A stretch of 64,000 nt of DNA from Pyrinomonadaceae bacterium (GCA_035251975.1 DATFDT010000053.1:762-64761); one strand, 5' to 3'. Positions 52,170-60,204 are shown, counted from the stretch's first letter. Notes: generated by a model from the sequence alone, not told the origin. Translations and numbers: made by a program.

Positions 52170-53474
52170 ATGCCACAAGAATTGATCCAGGTCAGAGTTC
52201 GGAATCCGCTGATCAAGATACTGCTACTGCTGCTTTTGATCGTTGCGGGTGTTTGGTCGTACTTCGCCGTGAGCTGGTATATCGGCAACACCTTTGCTGA
52301 ATACTCAGATCCGACTACGACTACTGTCGATATTGCACGCAGGGCAGTCGGAATGGCGCCCAACGATCCTTTGACGCACTGGCGTATGGCCCAGGTCGCC
52401 GAGAAAACTCTGACTTTGGACCAGCAAGGTGCGGCTATCGCCGAATACGAAAAGGCGGTGAGTCTATCTCCAAATGATTATCGCTTTTGGATGTCGTTGG
52501 GCCGGGCGTACGAGCAAGCGGGCGAAGCGAATAAGGCCGAGCAGGCATTGAAGCGCGCGGTTGCGCTCGCCCCTGCTTACGCTTACCCGCATTGGTATCT
52601 CGGCAACCTGCTATTGAGAAATGCTCGTTACGACGAGGCTTTTGCTGAGCTGCGACTGGCAAGCAAAGCCGAACCTGAACTACGGCCACAGCAATTCAAC
52701 CTCGTCTGGGCGATCTACAGCGACGATCCGGAAGGGCTCAAGAATGCAGTCGGATCCACCGCCGAAGTGCGGGCCGCGTTCGCGCTCTACATGATCTCGC
52801 AACAGCATCTGGCAGAGGGTCTGCGTTTGTGGGATACCCTGAGTGTTGACGAGAAAACTGCAAACAGAGACACCGCTCAACAAATGATTCAGAGTCTGAT
52901 TAAAGACTTCAAGTTTCACGCTGCCCTAAAGGTTTGGAACGATATTGCGACTGAGAAATTCCGGACAGAGGTGGGCCACGTTTTCGATGACAGTTTTGAA
53001 CTGGCAGGCGGGTATGGTCCAGAAACTGTATTCGGCTGGCAAGTGCAAGGCACGCGGCAAGTGCAGATCGGAGTCGATGCCGGCAGGCTGCACGGCGGGA
53101 CGAAGAGCCTGCGATTCGTGTTTGATGTGCGCGCGAATGTTGAAACTGTGGACGTCTACCAGCTTGTGCCCGTCCAGCCGGGAACGGCCTACAATTTTGA
53201 AGCCTACGTGAGCACTGACAAACTCACGACTGCCGGTGCGCCTCAGATCGATATTGTCGACCCGATGGACAATGCAGTGCTGATGTCTTCGGAGATGGCT
53301 CCCGTTGGCACCAATGGCTGGAAAAAGATCAGTCTGTCTTTCAAGGCGGGCGACAAGACGGAAGCGGTAATTATCAAGATCGTGCGTTTCCCATGCGTTA
53401 ATAAAGAGACGCCGGTGTGTCCAATTTTTGGTACGGTTTGGTATGACGACTTCAGTATCACACGAAGAAACTAG
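52170..53474 (+). CDS. Membrane-anchored TPR-repeat protein with C-terminal jelly-roll carbohydrate-binding-like domain
   Basis: Start set at the ATG at 52170 (MPQELIQV...), since the track start lies in repeat A8. TM segment ILLLLLLIVAGVWSYFAV. TPRs such as AIAEYEKAVSLSPNDYRFWMSLGRAYEQAG. C-terminus FGWQVQG...KSLRFVF...GTVWYDDFSI. Confidence 0.65.
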   Translation: MPQELIQVRVRNPLIKILLLLLLIVAGVWSYFAVSWYIGNTFAEYSDPTTTTVDIARRAVGMAPNDPLTHWRMAQVAEKTLTLDQQGAAIAEYEKAVSLSPNDYRFWMSLGRAYEQAGEANKAEQALKRAVALAPAYAYPHWYLGNLLLRNARYDEAFAELRLASKAEPELRPQQFNLVWAIYSDDPEGLKNAVGSTAEVRAAFALYMISQQHLAEGLRLWDTLSVDEKTANRDTAQQMIQSLIKDFKFHAALKVWNDIATEKFRTEVGHVFDDSFELAGGYGPETVFGWQVQGTRQVQIGVDAGRLHGGTKSLRFVFDVRANVETVDVYQLVPVQPGTAYNFEAYVSTDKLTTAGAPQIDIVDPMDNAVLMSSEMAPVGTNGWKKISLSFKAGDKTEAVIIKIVRFPCVNKETPVCPIFGTVWYDDFSITRRN

Positions 53475-54876
53475 TCTGCTCGTTACAGACTCCGTGCAGG
53501 CGCTCGGCAAAACGAGCTCTCCGGAACATCCGGTGTATCATGTCAGGCATACGCTGCCCAGCCGGTTTGCCTTTCTCGTGATCTGCGTCGCGATTGTGCT
53601 TTCGGCGCTCGCGTACGGAACAGTTCACTACTGGGCGCTCGCGTTATTCAATCTGGGTGCGTTGACTGTCCTCGTGCTGTGGATGCTGGACGCCTGGAAT
53701 TTGGGAACACTCCGCGTCAGCCGTAACTTGTTACAACTGCCTTTGCTTGGAGTTCTCTTACTCGGGCTGATTCAGCTTTTGCCACTTTCCGGCACCTTGT
53801 CACTCGATCCTTATTCGACGAGACTCGTGCTGGTCCAACTAGCAACACTCCTGATCTACTTTGCCGCCACGCTCGTGTTTATTGACACGCCGCATCGTCT
53901 GCACTTGATGGTGCGAACGATCATGATCTTTGGGTTTGTCCTCGCGATCTTTGGACTGACGCAATCGTTCACGAGTCCAACGAAGGTTTACTGGGTTCGC
54001 GAGCTCAGCCAGAGCACGGCCTTCGGTCCTTTCATCAATCGACACCATTTCGCCGGGTACATGGAGCTGACGATCGCGTTGCCATTGGGATTGCTCTTTG
54101 CCGGCGTGGTCGATAAAAAGAAATGGGTACTCTACCTGTTTGTAGCGGGACTGATGGGCGTCGCTTTGGTAATGACTACTTCTCGCGGTGGAATCATAAG
54201 TCTGGTCGCGGAAATTGCGTTTCTGACTATCGTAACGGCAATCTGGAGAACGCAGAGTGAGCGGCGTGGTAAGACGAAATCAAGCCCGTTGAAGAGTGTT
54301 GCCGTGAGGGCGGGTATGGCGGGGGCATTGCTGGTTGGTCTATTTTTGGGCGTGCTGCTGTTAGGCGGCGAGTTCTCGATATATCGTTTCATTGATAGCG
54401 TGAATACTGACGACCCGACGACAGGCCGTGCGCACTTTTGGGCAGTCACGCTCGACATAATCAAAGCACACCCGATTGTCGGTACGGGTTTGGGCGCTTT
54501 CGGTGTTATCTACACGCGCTACGATTCGCGCAATGGTCTGTTTCGACTCGAGCAGGCGCACAACGACTATCTGCAAGTGCTGTCTGACGCGGGTATCATC
54601 GGCGCGGTGTTGGCGTTCAGTTTCGTGGCGCTGCTGTTTTGGAAGGCGATTTCGCGGGCGCGTTCGAAAGATGATTTCCGGCGCGGCGTGGCGCTGGCGG
54701 CGTTGAGTGGGTGTTTCGCTGTGTTGGTGCACAGCTTTTTCGACTTCACGCTGCACACGCCTTCGAATGCGCTCCTGTTTCTCGTGATGGCTGCGCTCGC
54801 GACACTCAACGGGCGTGTCGAAGCACCGCGGCGAAAACACCGCCGAAGTAGCAGTGGGGGCAGCAATTCGGAGTAG
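53428..54876 (+). CDS. O-antigen ligase/polymerase family membrane protein (Wzy_C domain)
   Basis: About 10 TM segments. TTSRGGIISL and LEQAHNDYLQVLSDAGIIG are the hallmark Wzy_C motifs. Overlaps the upstream gene by about 30-47 nt depending on the start. Confidence 0.8.
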   Translation: MVRFGMTTSVSHEETSLLVTDSVQALGKTSSPEHPVYHVRHTLPSRFAFLVICVAIVLSALAYGTVHYWALALFNLGALTVLVLWMLDAWNLGTLRVSRNLLQLPLLGVLLLGLIQLLPLSGTLSLDPYSTRLVLVQLATLLIYFAATLVFIDTPHRLHLMVRTIMIFGFVLAIFGLTQSFTSPTKVYWVRELSQSTAFGPFINRHHFAGYMELTIALPLGLLFAGVVDKKKWVLYLFVAGLMGVALVMTTSRGGIISLVAEIAFLTIVTAIWRTQSERRGKTKSSPLKSVAVRAGMAGALLVGLFLGVLLLGGEFSIYRFIDSVNTDDPTTGRAHFWAVTLDIIKAHPIVGTGLGAFGVIYTRYDSRNGLFRLEQAHNDYLQVLSDAGIIGAVLAFSFVALLFWKAISRARSKDDFRRGVALAALSGCFAVLVHSFFDFTLHTPSNALLFLVMAALATLNGRVEAPRRKHRRSSSGGSNSE

Positions 54877-54882
54877 AATTTC

Positions 54883-54981
54883 TTCTCTGTGCAACCTCTG
54901 TGTTCTCTGTGTCTCTGTGGTTGCTGTTTGTCAGCGATTTGCACCACAGAGACACAGAGAACACAGAGGTTGCACAGAGAA
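54883..54981. repeat. Family A hairpin element, copy 9
   Basis: TTCTCTGTGCAACCTCTGTGTTCTCTGTGTCTCTGTGG-TTGCTGTTTGTCAGCGATTTGCA-CCACAGAGACACAGAGAACACAGAGGTTGCACAGAGAA. Confidence 0.9.
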
Positions 54982-55007
54982 ATCCAGGTCAAAGGAGAAT
55001 CCAGCGC

Positions 55008-56786
55008 TTGTCTTCCGTTCCGGGTTTAATCCTCGAAGCTGTCCTGCGTCACAACAAACAAGACGCACTCAACCATCGTTCTGAAGGCAAGTGGCACAAC
55101 ATCACGGCGACAACATTCGTCGAGCGCGTCAAGAATGTCGCCCTCGGCCTGGCAGGTCTCGGCGTACGGCCGGGCGATCGAATTGCGCTGCTCTCCGAGA
55201 ATCGTCCTGAGTGGTCGATCGCGGATCTCGCGATCCTGAGTCTCGGCGCGATCAACGTTCCCATTTACACGACGCAGGCACTCGAACAGATCGAGTACAT
55301 CCTTTCCGATTCGGGCGCACGCGCGATCTTCGTTTCCACGCGCCGGCTCTACAAACACATCCTGCCTGTGCTCGCAAAACGACCGCTCGAGCACGTGTTC
55401 TTTTTCGAATCGGACGTCGCGGAAGACGTCGAGCATGGCTTTTCGCTCGAGCAGTTGGAACAAAACGGCCGCGAGCTGGCGCAGCAACGGCCCGGCGCGT
55501 TCGAAGCTTACCTGCAAGCCGTCAGGCCGGAGGATCTCGCGACGATCATCTACACGTCAGGCACGACCGGTGAGCCGAAAGGCGTGATGCTCACGCACAA
55601 CAACTTCACGTCTAACGTAATTTCGATCGCGAAAGGTTTGCCCATCATCGCGACCGACGTCGCGCTATCGGTGCTTCCGCTGTCGCACATCTTCGAGCGC
55701 GATGGTTTTTATGTTTTCTGTTATTGCGGCGTGTCGGTTTACTACGTGGCGTCGTTCGATCAGGTGGGTGAAACCCTGCGCGAAGTTGCGCCAACCGTGA
55801 TGACTGCCGTGCCGCGACTGTTTGAGAAGGTCTATCACCGCATTATCAAGAAGGGCATGTCTGCGAAGGGCTACAAGAAGTCGATCTTCATGAGCTCGCT
55901 CGCAACCGGCCAAAAATACGGCGAGCTTAAGGATAAGGGGAAGTGGGTTTTCCCGCGTCTCGCAATCAAACAGAAGGTTGCGGACAAGCTCGTGTTTTCA
56001 AAATGGCGTGAAGGCGTCGGCGGGCGCTTGCGCTACTTCGTGTCGGGCGGTGCGCCACTCTCGCCGGCATTGTCTTACTCGTATCTCGCAGCGGGCATTC
56101 CGATCCTGCAAGGTTACGGCGCGACGGAGACGTGCATCGTGTCGGCGAACCGGCCTGGTAACAATCACGTTGGTTCAGTCGGAATACCTTTCGATGGTAT
56201 TGAGATCAAGATCGCGGAGGACGGTGAGATTCTCGTGCGTGGTCCAAACGTGATGCGTGGTTACTACGGGCAGCCGGAAGCGACCGCGGCTGTGATCAAG
56301 GATGGTTGGTTCTACACGGGCGACGTCGGCCACATCGAGAAAAACGGACATCTCTACATCACCGATCGAAAGAAAGATCTGTTCAAGCTGTCGAACGGCA
56401 AGTACGTCGCACCGCAATTGATCGAGAGTTTGTTGAAAGAGAGCGAGTTTGTGAGTCAGGTGGTGGTGGTTGGCGCGGGCCGAAAACAGCCCGTAGCCTT
56501 GATCGTTCCCGACTGGGAAAACCTGAACGAAGCGCTCGCCGAAGCGGGCGAACAAGCTCCGAAAGATCGCGTCGCCCTGAGCAAATTTCCCGCCGCCGTG
56601 AAGATCGTCCAAAAGGACATCTCAAAACTCACCTCATCACTGGTCGACTACGAGCGCATCCGCCGGGTGGCGCTTTTACCAAACGAATTCAGCATCGACG
56701 GCGGCGAACTCACCCCAACTCTAAAAGTGAAACGCAAAGTGATCGATGATCGCTACGGCGACTTAATCGAAGAGCTCTATTCCTAA
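55008..56786 (+). CDS. Long-chain fatty-acid--CoA ligase-like AMP-dependent synthetase
   Basis: IIYTSGTTGEPKGVMLTHNNF, GYGATET, YTGDVGHIEKNGHLYITDRKKDLFKLSNGKYVAPQ. Start set at the TTG at 55008 (GGAG 10 nt upstream), since the track start lies in repeat A9. Confidence 0.8.
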   Translation: MSSVPGLILEAVLRHNKQDALNHRSEGKWHNITATTFVERVKNVALGLAGLGVRPGDRIALLSENRPEWSIADLAILSLGAINVPIYTTQALEQIEYILSDSGARAIFVSTRRLYKHILPVLAKRPLEHVFFFESDVAEDVEHGFSLEQLEQNGRELAQQRPGAFEAYLQAVRPEDLATIIYTSGTTGEPKGVMLTHNNFTSNVISIAKGLPIIATDVALSVLPLSHIFERDGFYVFCYCGVSVYYVASFDQVGETLREVAPTVMTAVPRLFEKVYHRIIKKGMSAKGYKKSIFMSSLATGQKYGELKDKGKWVFPRLAIKQKVADKLVFSKWREGVGGRLRYFVSGGAPLSPALSYSYLAAGIPILQGYGATETCIVSANRPGNNHVGSVGIPFDGIEIKIAEDGEILVRGPNVMRGYYGQPEATAAVIKDGWFYTGDVGHIEKNGHLYITDRKKDLFKLSNGKYVAPQLIESLLKESEFVSQVVVVGAGRKQPVALIVPDWENLNEALAEAGEQAPKDRVALSKFPAAVKIVQKDISKLTSSLVDYERIRRVALLPNEFSIDGGELTPTLKVKRKVIDDRYGDLIEELYS

Positions 56787-56806
56787 ATCCGTGCTTTTGA
56801 TCAGTG

Positions 56807-57058
56807 TTATCCGCGGCTAAGTATTGATTCGGCCAAGATCCGCAGATTCATCGGGATTTCCGGCGTCGGATACCTCGTGATCGCCGGTTGATGATGCGCC
56901 AGTAACCTCAACTCCGCGCAGCAAAAATCACACGCCCCAAGGTGCTCGCTAACCGACGTTGCCGTCTCCGCCGGTAGGTTCTGGCAGCGAAACGAAACCA
57001 GTGTCGCTGAGGCCGGACACGCGACAGTCTTTAGGAAGGGTGTTCTTGAGGTCTTCAT
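56807..57058 (-). CDS. Small zf-HC2-type (anti-sigma-factor-like) protein
   Basis: 83 aa from the ATG at 57058. EHLGACDFCCAEL fits H-x3-C-x2-C. No TM segment. Confidence 0.5.
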   Translation of the reverse strand: MKTSRTPFLKTVACPASATLVSFRCQNLPAETATSVSEHLGACDFCCAELRLLAHHQPAITRYPTPEIPMNLRILAESILSRG

Positions 57059-57409
57059 TGAGCCATCCCTGAGATTCACCCCTATTAAAACTACAATCAC
57101 CCCCACTTTCCAGAGCTTTTTCTAAGAATTTCTTAACTTTTAACACATGTAAAAACTTGTTGCCCGATATTTAAAATACTGGTACCATGCCTTCGTCAGT
57201 CAGCACACTGACGCACTTCCAGGAGCACCAACCGCGATCCAGCGGTAAAAAATCGGGCTAAAAAGCGAACTTTCAAACAGCTTGCTGTCGGCTGGCACCC
57301 TGTACTTTCTATGCCGAAATAAACGGACGCACCCAACCCATCCGAAGCTCACACACCCCACCCGATTCCGAAACCAGAACTCCCAGACGAGTAGGGCAAA
57401 CGACAACCC

Positions 57410-58600
57410 GTGAAATCCATAAGCGAAGATCCTGAAAAGAAAGCGGACCTCGAGCCGGGTGATGGTCGCCGGCTGCCGAGAGAACGCCGCTACGACCAGC
57501 AAAGAAAGCATGCGAAATGGGTGGATAGCCTGCGGGCTTCCGACGTCAATCGTCTCTGGACTGACCTGCACCGCATAGTCTCGCATCATCCCCTCGTTCG
57601 TGCGTCTCGCAGTGCCGGCCTGCTTGTTGAAGAAGGCTCGGGCGCTGCCTACACCGATTTGACCCAGGAGCTCTTCGTCCAACTGCTCAGCAAAAACCGT
57701 TTCGAACACTACCTCGAAACGGAAATGACTGACTACGAGATCGAATGTGAGATCAGCCAGATCGAGCTGACAAATCTGCTTACCGCAGAGCTGCGCAAGC
57801 GACACCCGGAAAGTTATCGCATGGCGCGTCGCATCTCGACATTGATCCAGTCAAGCCCGAACTTCCGTCGCTTCGATTCGAGTGGCATGGACGACGAACC
57901 ACACCGCCGTCTCGCTGACCGTGTTTACGGTTTGAGTGAGTGGAAAGACGACAAATCCCGCCGCGGCGCGCACGATGTCGAGCAGCGCGTGCAGATTATT
58001 GCGGTACGACAGCGAGACACGCGGATGGTCGGCTGCACTGGTGATTCGCAGATCGTGATCAGCAATGCCGATCTTGAAGATTTGATCGTGTCAGTGCTGG
58101 ATGCGGTGGATTCGCCGGTTGACGTTCGCACGCTGCGCAGTCTCGTGATGTCGCGCCTGCCGGTGATGGATATTTATCTCGTTCCACTGGATGGTGACGA
58201 TAGCGACAACGAAAACAGCAATGCTTACGAGCCGGTTGACAAGCGCGAGAATCCTGAAGAAGGGCTGCTGCGACGCGAGTCGGAGCGCGAAGCTGCGAAT
58301 TTCGTCGAGCAGTTTATGGCGAGCTTGAACGAGGCGGTGCGCGGGAAAGTGAAGCAATACAACCGGATTATCGGCGTGCTTTGGTATTGCTACCTCAGCC
58401 CGGATCATGCAACGCAACTGGAAGTTGCGGCAGTATTAGGTGTTTCTGATTCACTGGTTTCGGACTATCGCCGGCGTATCGAGCAGGAGCTGCGCGCGCT
58501 TTCGTTTACCGAAGTCGAAGAGGCGAAGCAGTTTGAGCTGGCGCTCCGCAAACACGTCAAAGCGCTGATGTTTGATTTGGAAGAGAAAGTAGCGGTGTAA
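57410..58600 (+). CDS. Hypothetical protein with sigma-70-like region 2 and region 4 segments separated by a long insert
   Basis: YTDLTQELFVQLLSKNRFEHYL is region-2-like. VLWYCYLSPDHATQLEVAAVLGVSDSLVSDYRRRIEQELR is a region-4.2-like HTH. GTG start. Confidence 0.45.
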   Translation: MKSISEDPEKKADLEPGDGRRLPRERRYDQQRKHAKWVDSLRASDVNRLWTDLHRIVSHHPLVRASRSAGLLVEEGSGAAYTDLTQELFVQLLSKNRFEHYLETEMTDYEIECEISQIELTNLLTAELRKRHPESYRMARRISTLIQSSPNFRRFDSSGMDDEPHRRLADRVYGLSEWKDDKSRRGAHDVEQRVQIIAVRQRDTRMVGCTGDSQIVISNADLEDLIVSVLDAVDSPVDVRTLRSLVMSRLPVMDIYLVPLDGDDSDNENSNAYEPVDKRENPEEGLLRRESEREAANFVEQFMASLNEAVRGKVKQYNRIIGVLWYCYLSPDHATQLEVAAVLGVSDSLVSDYRRRIEQELRALSFTEVEEAKQFELALRKHVKALMFDLEEKVAV

Positions 58601-58629
58601 GAAACGATCGCATTGCCGGGACCGTCTGG

Positions 58630-58663
58630 AGCTGCCCGCGCCACCGGCGCTAGCAGCTTTTTT
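58630..58663 (+). terminator. Rho-independent terminator after the sigma-like gene
   Basis: AGCTGC-CC-GCGCC-ACC-GGCGC-TA-GCAGCT followed by TTTTT. Confidence 0.75.
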
Positions 58664-58669
58664 GCTTGT

Positions 58670-58718
58670 ATCCACAGATTACACAGATTCTATTTATCAT
58701 TCTGTGCCATCTGTGGAT
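58670..58718. repeat. Family C hairpin element, copy 4
   Basis: ATCCACAGATTACACAGATTC-TATTTATCA-TTCTGTGCCATCTGTGGAT. Confidence 0.9.
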
Positions 58719-58758
58719 AAAAGAAACGCCCCGGGCGGGTTATGATACCTCCCAACTT

Positions 58759-60204
58759 ATGTCTGTGAAGCCACCATTCCTGGATTACGAGCCCCTGAAG
58801 CGAAGCACCGCTGAATCCGTTGCTGAGGACGGAGTCGACGCTGTTTTTAAGAGACGCGGAAAGTTTGGTGCTGCTAAAAAATGGGCGTCAAAGCCAGAGA
58901 AATCCGCGCCCGCGCGCGAAGACGAACCCGTCGGGAAATCAGACCTCGAGCCCGCCAGAGAAACATGGATTCACAAGCACGGTCACTCGCTTAGCTTTGC
59001 GGGGATCTTCCTGTTTACGGCGTTCGTCTTCTTTCGTCCCTACGAATTCTCCCCTTCATTGATGTGGCTCTCGTCGGCCGCTTTCTGGATCGCGATTGCG
59101 ACCCTAATCGTCTTTTTACTGACGCAACTGGGTCTCGAAAATACGTTCACAGCGCGCCCGAGGGAAGTAAATCTCGTTCTTCTCCTGTTGGCGACAGGTC
59201 TTCTTTCGGTTCCCCTCGCGCTCGAACCCGGTAAAGCGTTTGATGCCTTCGTCGAGTTTTTCAAAGTTGTTTTGATCTTTGTCGTTATGGTTAACGTGGT
59301 GCGTACGGAGAAGCGACTGAAGACGCTCTGGATCCTCGTACTCATCGCGTCCTGCATCCTTTGTATCAATGCCATAAACGACTTTCGTGCCGGAATACTC
59401 GAGCTGCGGGGCGCTCGCATCAAGGGATCAATTGGCGGATTGTTTGACAATCCGAATGACCTCGCGCTTCACCTTGTCACGATGTTTCCAATCGCGCTGG
59501 CGCTGTCTTTTGGGACACGCAATATATTGCTGAAGCTGGTTTACCTGGGCATTGCGCTGCTGATCGTCGGAGGTATCGTAGTTACGTTTTCACGCGGGGG
59601 ATTTATCGCGCTTTCGATTGCGACCAGCGTGCTCCTCTGGAAGCTCGTTCGCAGCAGCAGATGGCTTTTGCCACCTGTGGCGGCGGCGCTGGTTGTCGCG
59701 TTCATGCTGTTTGCGCCCGGAAGCTACAAAACACGTCTGTCGACGCGAGACGATGACTCAGCAATGGCGCGATTCGACGATTTCAAGAGATCCGTCTACG
59801 TCGCCGTGAGGCATCCGGTACTCGGTGTTGGAATGGACAATTACGTTCTCTTTTCAAACTCCAACAAGGTAAGTCACAACGCGTATACTCAGGTGGCGGC
59901 AGACATGGGTGCTGCGGCGCTGTTGTTTTACATTCTCTTTCTAGTGACGCCCTTCAAGGGCCTGCGGAGAATTGAGCGGCAGAGTTTTGAAAACAAGTCC
60001 GAGCGCCGGTATTACTACGCCGCGGCGGCGTTACAGGCCAGCCTGGTTGGCTACATGGTGGCGAGCTTTTTCGCGTCGGTGGCCTACCTGTGGTACATCT
60101 ATTACCTCGTGGCTTACGCCGTTTGCCTGCGGCGAATTTATGATCTTGCCGTGGAGAAAAACATGACAACGCCCTCGACTAATACACTCGCTCCTCGAAG
60201 TTGA
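58759..60204 (+). CDS. O-antigen ligase/polymerase family membrane protein (Wzy_C domain), second paralogue
   Basis: Start set at the ATG at 58759 (MSVKPPFLDYE), since the track start lies in repeat C4. TFSRGGFIAL and SHNAYTQVAADMGAAAL motifs. Cytoplasmic N-terminal ~85 aa. Confidence 0.8.
   Translation: MSVKPPFLDYEPLKRSTAESVAEDGVDAVFKRRGKFGAAKKWASKPEKSAPAREDEPVGKSDLEPARETWIHKHGHSLSFAGIFLFTAFVFFRPYEFSPSLMWLSSAAFWIAIATLIVFLLTQLGLENTFTARPREVNLVLLLLATGLLSVPLALEPGKAFDAFVEFFKVVLIFVVMVNVVRTEKRLKTLWILVLIASCILCINAINDFRAGILELRGARIKGSIGGLFDNPNDLALHLVTMFPIALALSFGTRNILLKLVYLGIALLIVGGIVVTFSRGGFIALSIATSVLLWKLVRSSRWLLPPVAAALVVAFMLFAPGSYKTRLSTRDDDSAMARFDDFKRSVYVAVRHPVLGVGMDNYVLFSNSNKVSHNAYTQVAADMGAAALLFYILFLVTPFKGLRRIERQSFENKSERRYYYAAAALQASLVGYMVASFFASVAYLWYIYYLVAYAVCLRRIYDLAVEKNMTTPSTNTLAPRS

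Noticed and set aside
764-54981. Could the recurring ~36-nt repeats be a CRISPR array?
   Set aside because: The copies are kilobases apart and separated by ordinary genes. Each unit is an inverted repeat with its own loop rather than a direct repeat with unique spacers. No cas genes are present.
764-54981. Family A/B hairpins as canonical Rho-independent terminators
   Set aside because: In either orientation the stem is flanked by UU on the 5' side and AA on the 3' side, with no 3' U-tract. They sit inside apparent operons immediately before the next RBS. True terminators in the window (27905-27942, 58630-58663) look different.
57200-57805. 201-aa minus-strand ORF
   Set aside because: It is antisense to the 5' part of the sigma-like gene and runs into the intergenic region. 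Its composition is low-complexity (Phe/Arg/Val-rich) with no motif. The plus-strand ORF has recognisable HTH features.
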